64,000 bases of DNA from Eledone cirrhosa (lineage: Eukaryota), in assembly GCA_964016885.1 (NCBI GenBank), contig OZ024742.1, positions 170,066,001-170,130,000 of the forward strand, given 5' to 3'. Shown here in pieces: positions 11,346-24,296 of the stretch (position 1 is the stretch's first letter; each line of letters opens with the position of its first letter). Below the pieces are notes generated by a model, which saw only the letters and a list, made by a program, of their open reading frames with translations, made no database searches and had not been told where the DNA came from. The position numbers were made by a program, and so were the translations under genes.

Positions 11346-12802
11346 ATCAACGGCCCATTCCTGTCCTTGTCACCTTTAAATTCTCAGTGAATTGAACCAC
11401 ATTAACAAGATATTCTTAGAAAGTAAAGTAAAAAAAATTATGACTGCATCACATAAAAAAAATTAATATCTTTACTTTAAGACTACAAAATTTTCACAAT
11501 CTGTTCACTGGTAAAAATACTATAAACATTTGAACTAACAAACCTGTTTTTAGATATTTTCTACTAAATCACTACAAAGTTGAGTTGATGCTTTGGAACA
11601 TTACTTAACAAAGAAAGAGGTCTGACATAAAATTGTGGTGAAAGGTTTTAATTAAATATGAACACTTTAAAATGAGTAGTTTGGTATCATAAAATCAGGG
11701 TGTTTCAGGCTGTTTAGTATAAAAAGTATTAAGGTTGCTTTTAGTTGTTCCAGCGTTTTATTGGGCTGTTAAACAGTTGTTTCTAGTATAGTTGTCAGTA
11801 ACATTTATGTTCTATTGATGTGAGAAGAAAATTATTTCAGTAGAAACAGTTAGTTTTAAGTTTGTGTATGTATACACAATATCTTAGAATGGTTCATGAT
11901 ATAAAACGTTTAGCACGTCTAAATGTCTGAGATAAGTTGTTATAAATTCCCAGACTAAAAATCTCATCTTTATAGTAGATATTTACATCAACACAACAAT
12001 TTGATCAGTTCTATCTCTGATTGTTATCAGCTATCATATTCCTGGATAAGTACGGTCTCGGCCTGATTTCAAATTTGGAACTTTTATGTCTTTCTACACT
12101 AAGAACATTCATGATGGACCTCCATCAGTTTCAATGATGAGTATTCCAGCTGTTTGATCAACAGACAAACTTACTCATGAAATTAATGTATGAATGGCTG
12201 AGCATTCCAGAGATACATGTAAAATGACTCTTTTCATTGACCACAGTCTTAAAACCCATTTTGTTCACAAATGACCATGGGTTTTGTTTTGAGAAAATTC
12301 TCTTCCGATGCATTAACCCAGGTAAAGTGTTTTTGTGGAAGACCAGCAGTCACCCATTCATACCAGTCTCCTCACACCATGCAACCAATGTTGTCAAAGG
12401 AAAAGGCAAAGGCCAATACAGCTTGGTACCAGTGACATCTCAACTAATTTCAAGTTGAGTGAATTAAAGCAATGTGAGATAATGTTTCTTGCTGAAAGAT
12501 TCAACACACTGCATTCAGCGTGACGCAGTGTGGGACAAGACGAGTCCTTTGAATTACAGGTATACTTCATATGGTGGACTTCCAAACAGTTTCTGTCTAC
12601 CTAATTTCACTGACAAGGCATAGCTTGACCTGAGGCTATAGTAAATGACACTTGCTCAAGATGCCACACTGTAGGATTGAAGCTGGCACCTAATAATTAC
12701 AAAGTCAACCTCTTAACCATTTGGCCATGCTGCATCCATTTTAAGTGCATTAGCCCTTTTGATACCAGGTGTAGTGTATTTGTTTAATGGCATGATCTTT
12801 TA

Positions 12803-13235
12803 CACATACATTCATATCTACACACACTCGCACACATACATACACACGTAATTAGACACACACTTCATATATGCACACCTACAAAGACATTTATATGCAC
12901 ATACATGTATCATTACATATGCTCTTGTATATTTGCAAATATATGCTCTTACATGTATATACACATATTTACACATATAAACACACCTACAGATAGATTT
13001 ACATACAAACACATACACCATATACATGTTTATACACATACACACACACAAATGTTATTGCATTCACACACATACGTATGCATTTACATATCCACATGCA
13101 TATTTACACATATACACACATACATTCATGCACACATCACACACACATCAAATACATACTTACACATGCTCCTGCATACATGCACACACTGATACATATA
13201 AACATTCACAGCACGTGTATCTTAACGCACATGTA
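12803..13235. repeat. Degenerate (CA/TA)n low-complexity tract
   Basis: Seen directly; source of His/Thr/Tyr-rich spurious ORFs. Confidence 0.9.
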
Positions 13236-13620
13236 CAAACTTAACTCTCACATAACTGATATTCAAAAAGAAAAAAAAATCAACAGCTCTCAGGAAGGAA
13301 ATCTCTGATTTCTCCAAAGCTCCCCTCCCCTTGATAAGGGATAGTTAATCAGAAAAATTTGGGGAATAATAAATTGCTATGGTAACTTTCTGTCATTCTT
13401 CCATTTATTTTTATTTTCCTTCTTCTCCCACTTTTTGTTTTCTACCTCAACTCTCTCAATTTCCTTTCAACTTGTTACCTTGGTAATTCTAACCCACTTG
13501 TATTGTGCAACTTTCTAAACATACATACCCACTTTCCGTGTATGTGTGTGTATGCATATATATTTATGAGTGTGTGTGTATGTATATATATGTGTGCATA
13601 TATAGGTGTGTGTATGTATG

Positions 13621-13655
<35 letters not shown>

Positions 13656-14279
13656 ACATACATATTTACATATGCATATGCATATATGAAACAGGAATGA
13701 ATTATTAAGAAAATCTTCCAATTACCCGAATAATAAATAAACATTAAAAAAATGCAGAAAATCCTAATTAAACAGCTGCCCTGCACCCAGTAACTGCTTT
13801 AAAAGGATCACTATGTCTATTGAGACGAACACAATTGAAATAGAAATGCTTGGATTACAAAAGATTGTGTAAACAAGCAAGGTTTATATAGAAAGTGGAT
13901 ATTCAAGTATTATATTTTCTGTAGTGGGAATGCAAATATTAACTGCAGTGTACTTAATACTACAAGCACAATGTATATGGTGTTGATATTACAATCAACA
14001 TCATACTTGTATGGATAACATATACAGTGTTGTTACACCAAACCTGTTAAGTACTTTGGAAATTTTAGGAGTATAAATCAGAATTTAGAAGAGTTATTTA
14101 GTGTTAGGGAAAACAAATGTTAGCCATTTTGTTATCATATTTCTAATGAAATTATACTGCCTTTGTGTTTTAATTATCAAAGTAATTGTTAAATAGGAGA
14201 GGTTTTAGTGAAATAATTAACATTTAATTCAATAAAATGACAAATATTTAACTAGAAATATAATATTATCTACCATGTA

Positions 14280-14488
14280 TGAGGGGTGCTGAAAAGTTCT
14301 TGGCTTTAAGGGTATTGCGAAAGGGTAGAGCTGTTATGGGGAGGTAGGAGTGCTGCAATAAGTGTGTGGATCTGAGAGGAGAATATGTTAAATAAAATGA
14401 CAATTAACTGATCCTCTTGTATTTTCTGTTAACTGATGCACCTGTATTTTCTTTTACCCAAAGCCAGGAACTTTTTAGCACCCTCTCA
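14280..14488 (+). mobile_element. Mariner-derived MITE
   Basis: TIRs TGAGGGGTGCTGAAAAGTTCTTGGCTTT / AAAGCCAGGAACTTTTTAGCACCCTCTCA, TA at 14278-14279; internal remnant encodes NKCVDLRGEYVK*, the typical mariner transposase C-terminus. Confidence 0.85.
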
Positions 14489-15387
14489 ATTTGAATTTTA
14501 ACACCTGAACTCATAACATCCTGTAATGATTTAGAAGAAAATGTCTGAAAACAGGGTTGTTACTTCAAATGTTTATAGTATCTTTACTGAACAGATTGTT
14601 GGGAAAATTTGTAGTAAACTAAACACCTCAATTTTTAATGTGATGCAGTTATAATTTTCAAGAATGTCTTTCTAATGCAGTTTCATGTGATACAGGATAT
14701 TAGGAGTAAATGAGGCAGGTTTTGGACAGGTTAGTGTTTAAAGGGTTAAAAGATGATGATAATGATGACACTGTTCTAAAGTAAATCCTATTTAGTAAGA
14801 TTACCAAGAGGATAAGCTATCAGACTGTCAGTTCTTAGATTGTGAGTTTGATGCTTACTCACCTCAGTTTCAATCAGTCATTCAAGTTCCCAAAACTGGT
14901 GCTTTAATAGCTTACATTTCACATCTGATCTAGGTCTATTTCTTGCTTTAAGAGCCTCCACATCTTACCTATTACCAACTTTGCACAGGCCTGGTTATAG
15001 ATAAATTAATATTTCATTGGGAGTTTTGCTTGAGTAACAAAATCTAAAAAGAGGTTAAGTTCTTATTGACAGGACTTATTAGTTTATGACAAAGTTAACT
15101 TAAATCTTAACATCGATATTATAAATACAATTTGCAAGATTTTATTAAATTTTCCATTTGATTTATTGCTAAGTTCAATATATTTTAACCTACTCATTAT
15201 CATATTTCTAATGAAAAACACCAACTAACTTTGAAAACAATCGTGGATGTGGAGAGATTTATTAATATAACTAACTTTCACATTATTAGGCTGATGTTTG
15301 GAACATAACTTCAAGTTTCTTACATAAATTATGCTGAAAGGTTTTTAGAAACATAAACACTTTTAACTCTTTTGTTATCATATTTCT

Positions 15388-15891
15388 AATCTTCTTTTTG
15401 TGTTTGAGACAGCAATCATATGATGTCCCACAGGTGCTGCAACAAGCTCACAGTATTGGGATTAGGGGGTGTGAGCTCCATACTCTCAAGCAGACGGAGA
15501 TCCGGCCACTCATATGTACAGCAGTTTGCTTTGGTGAGCCATATTGGCAAGCTTCTGTTGGCTAGGATGCTGCAAATAAACCACACCATGTGATGGTCAT
15601 CAGGAATTGTTCTTAGTAACTTCAAGGTCAGGCCTTGGTGCCACACAGTGTCATAGGCTGTGGCGAGGTTGACTAAAATTGTGCTAGGCTTGTGGCCCTT
15701 TTTGAAGCTGTCTTCAATGTTATTAGTCAGCTTGTCTGTACATGTTCAATGATGTTCACCTTGGTTTTGGTGAGGCCTTCAACATTCAGTTGCAACATGG
15801 TGATGCCATCTAGTAAAGCATTATGTGATACCTGTACTGAAGAAGGCATGTGTTCTGGGTCAGTATCAGGCTGCGATCCGTGAGGATGCAT
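15388..15891 (-). mobile_element. Internally deleted mini-LINE (Daphne-like, CR1/L2 group): APE start, RT motif and C-terminal zinc knuckle
   Basis: ATG at 15891 gives MHPHG...GITMLQLNVEGLTKTK; then LTNNIEDSFKKGHKPSTILVNLATAYDTVWHQGLTLKLLRTIPD; then CQYGSPKQTAVH...NTVSLLQHL, stop, tail CTCAAACACAAAAAGAAGA. Confidence 0.7.
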
Positions 15892-15904
15892 TACAAGACT
15901 TGTA

Positions 15905-16040
15905 CAAAATGCTGTGAGGACCCTGTGATAAACAGGTGAAACTCCAGACTAACAAGACTCACTAGTTAGCCTTAATAAAATGAATATTAATACTCTACTT
16001 AAGTATTGAGTACTCTTTTCTCTCAGCTGTCAACCACATA
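15905..16040 (+). mobile_element. Penelope-like terminal repeat remnant with degenerate hammerhead-like motif
   Basis: TGAGGA-C-CCTGT-gataa-ACAGG-T-GAAACTC then AATAAA and tail homologous to 58328-58425. Confidence 0.5.
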
Positions 16041-16887
16041 TGGATATATATACGTATATAATCTGTATGGGTGTGACTTCACAGCAAACTGCTCTCGGTT
16101 ATTATTTTGAAGAGGTGCTCAAAAGGTCAGCAATATTTCTAAATTACAAGACATGGGTATTGTTGACAAAACATGAAACTAAGTGACAGGTGATCATTTT
16201 AAAAACATTCCCCCACACCAATACACATGTGCACACCCACATTCATACACACTTATTAAGAAGCTATCTCTCTGTAAAACGTTCACTGGCAATTATGCTT
16301 GCTCTGGTACACATATTTACCACACCTTTGTGGTGCAAGTGCTCTATTGATAGGTGTGCTTGGGAAGATTCCTTAGAATTAGCCTAGCCAGAAAAATAGG
16401 GGGGGGGGTTGATATTATCATCATTGTCACCATTGTTATCGTCAATATCAGTCATTATCAAGATAATGATCATTACCACCATTATTAACATAATTATCAT
16501 TTAAAATGTTATTTGATACTATATATGCTAGAGTTTTGCATAACATTAAATTCCTTTCATATATCTCAACTATACTTGTGCCATTTTATCAGCATTTTAT
16601 CTAAATTTTTATGCCTGTGTATTATCATCGCCATTTAATGTCCACTCTTCCATGTTGGTATGGATTGGACGGGCTGGCAAGTGAACCCTTAGAGACGCTG
16701 GAGGCCAACTTCTTCCTTACACACATTCCAGCACTTTACAGGGCATACTCAGTGCATTTTATCATGGTACCAATACTAGTGAAACTGTCAAACTCTTGAC
16801 TCATCTGAAGAAACCTCTCATCCTTAAGTTTGGTAAGGTTTCTATGGCTGGATACCCTTTCAAACATCAACCACTTTATATACTGAG

Positions 16888-16922
<35 letters not shown>

Positions 16923-17625
16923 ACCTGCACTAGAGGTTGTCAAGCCCTTGAAACAATGGAAGAGGCCTCTCAACCTTATATTTTGTGAGTTTTCTACAGT
17001 TGAATGTCTTTCTTAACACCAACCACTCCACAAAGTTTCCAGTTAGATTAGCTTTTCAATGACAACAATAATCAAGAATTTGGAGAGATTTTGCGATATA
17101 ACTAACTTTCTCATATTAAGCTGGAGTTTGGAACATAATTTAACAATGGCTCCTACATAAAAAGAAAACAGAAGGTGTTTAGAAAAATAGAAACATTTTG
17201 AAACAAACCACTTATATTATAGAACCAGGGTCGGTTTCAGGTGGTTTGGTATCAAAAAGGTTAATAAAATACAAGGTCAAACTTTTAATCAGATATATTT
17301 ATTTACTACAACCAGCATTGTTATATGTTACGTTCTCTAGTGCTAGGAAATTAACTGATGTTTTTGTTAGGGTCATTAATACCAATAAGCAAGGGAATCA
17401 AAGAGAGAAAGAAATATCACTAAAACCATAATATATTTTTAAAAAAGTAATAAATTAATGGTATTATGATAAGAATAATTAATGGTATAATGATTCAAAT
17501 GATACATTAATGAAATATCATATATATATATAAATATATATATGTCAAAATAATTATCAAGCATTAGATTTCAACAACCGTGAAATCTTCACAGGGGCAG
17601 TTAGTCATTATTTCATAATATAACA

Positions 17626-17995
17626 GTGAATTGGCAGTATTGCCATGCTTTGCAGCATAGAGTTATGGTCCTTTTAAATCCCGTTCAAATCCTGCTGAGG
17701 TTAACTTTGCCTTTCATCCTTATGGGGTCGATCAAATAATGTACCAGTAATGCACTGGGATAATTGTTGGCCTTGTGCCAAAAGTAGAAACAATTATTTC
17801 ATAATATATTATGGGTGAATGGATTGGCAGTTGCTTTGTATCATATAGTTACAGCCTTTTACATTCTGAGTTCAAAATCCCTCTGAGTTTAGCTTTACTT
17901 TTCATTCTTATAGGAGTCGATAAAATAAAGCACCAGTAATGCACTGGGGTCAATTTAATCGACTTTCTCCTTTTACAAAATTGTTGACCATGCTT
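17626..17995 (+). mobile_element. Two tandem family A SINEs
   Basis: Two heads/cores (17626-17797, 17815-17995); first flanked by ATTATT(T)TCATAATATA duplication. Confidence 0.8.
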
Positions 17996-18319
17996 GCGTG
18001 CGTGTGTGTGTGTGTGAGTGTGTACGCACACTACTCACTCCTGATGATATATATATACATATGTACGTGTGTGTGTGCACACACACACACATACACACAT
18101 ATATATACTACTCCCCCCTTCACTTTTTTTTTTCATTCTTTACTTCCTTCTTCCATAACTTCCTCTTTTGTTTTTTTTTGTATGTTAGTCAAATGAGGAG
18201 GGGCAATGCCCATGACCTTTTGCTGGCCCTCCATGACTGGTGGAATTGATGTGAGCCGGAATATCTGCAGGAAAACCTTTGGTGGGGTGTCTTCCTTCCT
18301 GCCTTTTTTTCTGTTCAAA

Positions 18320-18560
18320 TATCTACCTGTCTGTCTATCTATTTATCTATCTGTCTGTCTTTGTTTTTCTATCTATCTATCTATATATGTATATATATAT
18401 TTATCTATCTATCTGTCTGTTTGTCTATCTATTCATTTATCTATCTGTCTCTTTATTTATCTATTTATTTATCCATCTATCTGTCTGTGTGTTTCTCTAG
18501 TTATAAATACATCTAACCATCCATCCACCCAAATAAATAAATAAATAAATAAATAAATAC
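18320..18560. repeat. (TATC/TCTG)n and (AAAT)n microsatellites
   Basis: Seen directly. Confidence 0.9.
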
Positions 18561-18659
18561 ATTCATGTGAGAATTTTTGTCTGTTCAACAAATATTTTAC
18601 CATTTAGAGAAACTAAATTCAAATATTAACGAATTTATCAGTCTTCTCTGTTTTATAAA

Positions 18660-18872
18660 CCAAAGCCCCTACTCCACCAAAGCCTCCACTTCACTAAAAC
18701 CCCTACCCCATCAAAGCCTCCACTCCACCCAGATCCTCACTCCACCCAAGCTCCTCACTCCACCCAAGCCCCCCACTCCACCAAAGCCCCCACTTTACCA
18801 AAGACCCTACCCCACCAAAGCCTCCATTCCACTGAAGCCCCCCCCCCCCCCCCCCCCCCACTCACTCCACCA
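18660..18872. repeat. Degenerate 17-18 bp C-rich minisatellite (CCAAAGCCCCCACTCCA), about 12 units, ending in poly-C
   Basis: Seen directly; explains the Pro/Lys-rich ORF 18577-18927. Confidence 0.8.
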
Positions 18873-19029
18873 AAAAAGAAACCTCTATTATGAAATGTTT
18901 ATTATATTTAATCTTTTTTCCAGTTAAATATATTTTTTAATATGTTGAATACACATGTTGAACAACTTCTATATTTTGCAATGTTGCTTTTTTCCTTTAC
19001 CTATCTCTTTATTATTCAATTTAATTCTT

Positions 19030-19554
19030 TCATTATTAGCACATTTTTAATGAAAGAGATTGCATATAATTAAGTAATTAAGAATCTGGACGGTTGTAGT
19101 AATATAACTAACTTTCTCGTTATTAAGTTGGTGTTTAGAATATAACCCATTTGATACCAGCTATGTGGAAACTACCCATGGTTCTATGACACAAAACTGT
19201 TTATTTTAAAGTGTATATATTTATCTAAAAACCTTCCATGATAATTTTATGTAAAAGAAAAAAAAACTTTTAAAAAGCTAAGCTCCAAACACCAGCTTAA
19301 TAATGAAAAAATTAGTTATATTACTAAATTTCTCCAAATTCTTGATTATTTTCACAATTATTCAAAGATCATAGGTAGTGTATTACATTAGAAGTATAAT
19401 TAGAAGCACACTACCTAGATCATAGGGTTAGCAAAGATTCTTATATAAAATTATAATGGAATGTTTTTAGATAAATATAAACATTTCAAAATAAACAGTT
19501 TTGTATCTTTATCTTCAAGGGTGGTTTCAAATGGTTTGGTATCAAATGGGTTAA
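19030..19554. mobile_element. P2 MITE with a reverse-oriented P2 copy (about 19146-19428) nested inside
   Basis: Host reads ...GGTGTTTAGAATATAA|CCCATTTGATACC (reverse P2 end)...GGG|TTAGCAAAGATTCTTATATAAAATT... and ends GGTATCAAATGGGTTAA. Confidence 0.65.
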
Positions 19555-20264
19555 TTCATTTATTGCATTTTTCAAATTTTCTGATGATGCGAGTGAGACT
19601 GTTCACATAGTTTTGTTTGTGTAACCTAGTGTGTGTAGTATTTTTTTTTTTTTATTAATAACTCTGCTATTTAAGATTTACCCTTAGCTTTTCTGTACCA
19701 TCTGCTTTTATCAGAAATGATTATCTTTTTAGGCTTTAGGGCAGTATTCTGTTTTGTAAGCATTTGAAATGGCAAAAGTGTGATGGAATGGCAGAAGCTG
19801 TGGATAGAGCATCTATCTAAATTTAGATATTATATTTCTGTACATTCTGGGATCAAATTGTGTCAGATTCAACTTTGTTTTTTGATGCTCTAGGGTCAGC
19901 TCAGTTACAGGCTGGGTCAGTAAAATAAATACTTAGTCTATTAAATTAACAGCACCTTTCTGTCAATATTGTTAGCCTTCTACAGATGTTATCATTATCA
20001 CTATCATCATCACCATTTAATATTCATCTTCCCTTCTAGAAAGTCAGTACTTAATTGGAGTTGCTAACATCTTAGACAAGTCTGGAGTAGCCTGCATCTC
20101 ACATACATTCCTGCACTAAACAGAGTGCACAAGGTGCATTTTATCGTGGCCCCAACTCTAGGGAGATTACTATGCGTTTGACTCATCTGAAGAATCCTCT
20201 TGACAAGTCTGCAATGGTTGAATATCTTTTCTATCATTACTATTATTGTTACTGTTGTTGTTAG

Positions 20265-20665
20265 GATGGTGGATTGACAGTTTTGGTAGAGCGTCGGACA
20301 CCATGCTTTGCAGCATAGTTATGGTCTTTTACTTTCTGAGTTCAAATCCAGCCAAGGTTAGATTTGCCATTCATCCTTAGGGGGTTGATAAAATAAAGTA
20401 CCAGTAATGCACTGAGGTCAATTTCATCGACTTCCCCCTCCTCCAAAATTGTTGGCCTTATGCCTAAATCAGAAACCATTGTTTGGCAGTATCGGTAGAG
20501 GGTCGGACGCCATGCTTTCCAGCATAGTTACGTCCCTTTACGATCTGAGTTCAAATTCCGCTGAGGTTGACTTTGCCTTTCATCCTTACGGGGTCGATAA
20601 AATAAAGTACCAGTAATGAACTGGATAATTGCTGGCCTTGTGCCTAAAGTAGAAACAGTTATTGT
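20265..20665 (+). mobile_element. Two tandem family A SINEs (older long form then young short form)
   Basis: 20265-20481 long form; 20483-20665 nearly identical to 37623-37803. Confidence 0.85.
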
Positions 20666-21087
20666 TACTGAACATAAAGATCCAAAATGTAATATAAGCA
20701 CAGGGGCCACAAAATTAGTGAAGTACTGAAGTACTGGGGCTTATTTAATCAACTATACTCTCCCCTATGAAAACAAATTGGGGCCAGGTCAGTTTTGTCT
20801 TTTAACCATTTTGTGTCTGATTGAAAAAATAGGTACCAGTGAACAACTACCAGTCATATCCCTGCATGGGGATATGACTGGTAGTTGTAAGGGTCAACAA
20901 ATCTGCTGTACTCGGGCCTGGAGAGTAGGTGGGCTCTGCCGGGTTTTAAAATGTCCTAGAAACGTCTCAATACAACACCCCTACAACTCCCTCAAGAGTT
21001 ACGGACTAAAAAAAAAAGCCTGTCAACTGTATATGTAAGTTTTATATATTGTGGAATTGTCAACTGACAGAAGTAGCTTTGTATATG

Positions 21088-22400
21088 TTTTATATATACT
21101 AAGGCATGACAACTGACAGATGTAGTTTTATATATACTAAGGCATGACAACTGACAGATGTAGTTTTATATATACTAAGGCATGACAACTGACAGATGTA
21201 GTTTTATATATACTAAGGCATGACAACTGACAGATGTTGTTTTATATATACTAAGGCATGACAACTGACAGAGGTAGTTTTATATATACTAAGGCATGAC
21301 AACTGACAGATGTTGTTTTATATATACTAAGGCATGACAACTGACAGATGTTGTTTTATATATACTAAGGCATGACAACTGACAGAGGTAGTTTTATATA
21401 TACTAAGGCATGACAACTAACAGATGTAGTTTTATATATACTAAGGCATGACAACTGACAGATGTTGTTTTATATATACTAAGGCATGACAACTAACAGA
21501 TGTAGTTTTATATATACTAAGGCATGACAACTGACAGATGTTGTTTTATATATACTAAGGCATGACAACTGACAGATGTTGTTTTATATATACTAAGGCA
21601 TGACAACTGACAGATGTTTTATATATACTAAGGCATGACAACTGACAGATGTTTTATATATACTAAGGCATGACAACTGACAGATGTTGTTTTATATATA
21701 CTAAGGCATGACAACTGACAGATGTTGTTTTATATATACTAAGGCATGACAACTAACAGATGTAGTTTTATATATACTAAGGCATGACAACTGACAGATG
21801 TTGTTTTATATATACTAAGGCATGACAACTAACAGATGTAGTTTTATATATACTAAGGCATGACAACTGTCAGATGTTGTTTTATATATACTAAGGCATG
21901 ACAACTAACAGATGTAGTTTTATATATACTAAGGCATGACAACTGACAGATGTTGTTTTATATATATATACTAAGGCATGACAACTGACAGATGTAGTTT
22001 TATATATACTAAGGCATGACAACTGACAGATATAGTTTTATATATACTAAGGCATGACAACTAACAGATGTAGTTTTATATATATATACTAAGGCATGAC
22101 AACTGACAGATGTAGTTTTATATATACTAAGGCATGACAACTGACAGATGTAGTTTTATATATACTAAGGCATGACAACTGACAGATATAGTTTTATATA
22201 TACTAAGGCATGACAACTAACAGATGTAGTTTTATATATATATACTAAGGCATGACAACTGACAGATGTAGTTTTATATATACTAAGGCATGACAACTGA
22301 CAGATGTAGTTTTATATATACTAAGGCATGACAACTAACAGATGTAGTTTCATATATATATACTAAGGCATGACAACTGACAGATGTTGTTTTATATTAT
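21088..22400. repeat. 38-bp minisatellite, about 34 units (TATATATACTAAGGCATGACAACTGACAGATGTAGTTT)
   Basis: AAGGCATGAC at 21101, 21139, 21177 gives period 38; variants CTGAC/CTAAC, GTAG/GTTG, 35-bp and longer-TA units. Confidence 0.97.
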
Positions 22401-22416
22401 ATATAGTTAGGTCTAA

Positions 22417-22750
22417 AGGCATTGGCAGTCATTAGAACGTCCGATAGAAGGCTTTATGGTATTCGTTTCGGCTCTCTGAGTTCAAATCCCACCGAGGTCA
22501 ACTTTGCCTTTCATCCTTTTGAGTTTCGAGTTTGATAAAAAAAAGGACCAGTCTAGTACTGAGGTGGATTCTTCCTCTATATCTCTTGCTCATTTCCTCT
22601 CTCTCACTTTCTATCTTTCTCTGGAAGAGATCTGCTGTACTCAGGCCTGGAGAGGGATAGGCTCTGCCAGGCTTAAAATGCCCAAGGAATGCTGTATGTC
22701 AATACGCCGCCTCTACGACTCTCAGGAATTATGGGAACATACATACATAC
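22417..22750 (+). mobile_element. SINE family B inserted in the satellite
   Basis: Full head-core-tail ending in (CATA)n; flanked by ATAGTTAGGTCTAA / ATAGTAGGGTCTAA. Confidence 0.85.
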
Positions 22751-23095
22751 ATAGTAGGGTCTAACATCTGACCGAGGTAGCCATATGTATATTTTATATA
22801 TACCCAGGCCTGTCAACCGACAGGAGTAGTTTTATATAATATATAGTAGGGTCTAACAACTGGCAGAGGTAGCCATATGTATATTTTTTATATACCCAGG
22901 CATGTGAACTGACAGGAGTAGTTTTATATTATATATAGTAAGGTCTAACAACTGACAGAGGTAGCCATATGTATATTTTTTATATACCCAGGCATGTGAA
23001 CTGACAGGAGTAGTTTTATATTATATATAGTAAGGTCTAACAACTGACAAGAGGCAGCTACATGTCTGTTTTATATATACCCAGGCCTGTCAACC
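22751..23095. repeat. About 91-bp dimeric tandem repeat related to the 38-bp unit (about 3.7 copies)
   Basis: Alternating subunits TAGTAGGGTCTAACAACTGACAGAGGTAGCCATATG and TATACCCAGGCATGTCAACTGACAGGAGTAGTTT. Confidence 0.85.
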
Positions 23096-23394
23096 AGCTA
23101 AGTTAGCCAGTAGTATCAACCTGAACAGCATTACAGGAAAGGAAAGGAAATCCAATGACAATTCTGTATAGTATTATCACAAGATAATGCCAGATGTTAG
23201 GTCTAATAACAACAGGAGGATGTCATTAGTGTTCTATCCAGTAAAATTATTTCATTTGATTTCCTGCATTCAGGCTTTTTAAAAGCAGGGCAGAGTGGAG
23301 TACGGTGTTGGAGAAAGCAAAGCACCTATTTTATAGCCTTTTCACCCATTCCTTTCCTAATTTTTAACCCCACCCCTTCATTACTTTCCTTCAT

Positions 23395-23870
23395 CACACA
23401 CACACACACACACATAGACAACCACACACACACACACACATGCGTGTATGTGTGAAAAAGAGATAATGAAATAAATAGTGTGTATATGTGTGGTGTAGTG
23501 TGCATGTGTGTGTATACTTGTGTGTGTGTGTGGTGTAGTGTGTGCATGTGTGATATAGTGCATATGTATAGTTTAGTGTGTATGATGTACTGCATGTGTG
23601 TGATGTAGTGCATGTGTGTGTGTGTGTGTATTACACAGTTCTATCTTCCACTTCGCCATAACTACTTGACTCCCACCTCCCTCATCATCTCTCACTTTCC
23701 TGCTATAGGTGCTGCTTCTAGCCTAGCAGTACAACAATTCTCTCTCTCCCCCTCCTCTGCTCTCTCTTCCTCTTCACTCTCTCTTCCACTTCACTCTCTC
23801 TCTCTTCCTCTTCACTCTCTCTCTTCCTCTTCACTCTCTCTCTTCCTCTTCACTCTCTCTCTTCGCCTTC
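23395..23870. repeat. (CA)/(TG) and CT-rich low-complexity tracts
   Basis: Seen directly, including repeated TCTTCCTCTTCACTCTCTC. Confidence 0.85.
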
Positions 23871-24027
23871 TCCTCTTAATAAACTTTCCACTTTTACTCT
23901 TGTGTGTCTAGTGGATGTATATACACACACATATACAATAAATAAATATATATATATATATATATATAGATAGATACAACTACACACTGCTACAAATATA
24001 TATATATATGTAAATATAAAAATATAT

Positions 24028-24192
24028 ATGTGTGTTAGTAGGTGGGATGTGGACTGTGCTGTGAGGATCTGTTCCTCTCCTCCTCTGCTTGCCACATTTC
24101 TGTTGTTTTCATGGTTGGCAGCAATCTATGTACATGTCCCTAGGCTACCTACTACAAGAAGGCACAGTTTGAACAGCAGACTGGATTCTCAG
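24028..24192 (+). other. Candidate first/5' exon of an unidentified host gene
   Basis: Non-repetitive, GC-richer patch after CT-rich tracts; ATG-started open frame with hydrophobic stretch LLATFLLFSWLAAIYV ends at CAG|GTTAGT donor (phase 0). No protein family recognised. Confidence 0.25.
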
Positions 24193-24296
24193 GTTAGTCC
24201 ATCTTTTAAATTACACTTGGTTTAATCCACCTCCACCCCCACTGTCTCACCCATCCCCCTGTTGGCTCTCCACTAACAAACACTACCTGTTTTTAA

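Noticed and set aside
12818-13786. His/Thr/Tyr- and Val/Cys-rich ORFs (also near 9000, 23400, 45700, 51200, 54150)
   Set aside because: Microsatellite translation artefacts.
14280-14488. MITE as direct derivative of the 40946 mariner
   Set aside because: TIRs share only GAGGGG...AAAAGTT; likely a different mariner family.
21088-22400. CRISPR-like array
   Set aside because: Units are contiguous with no unique spacers, no cas genes, eukaryotic context.
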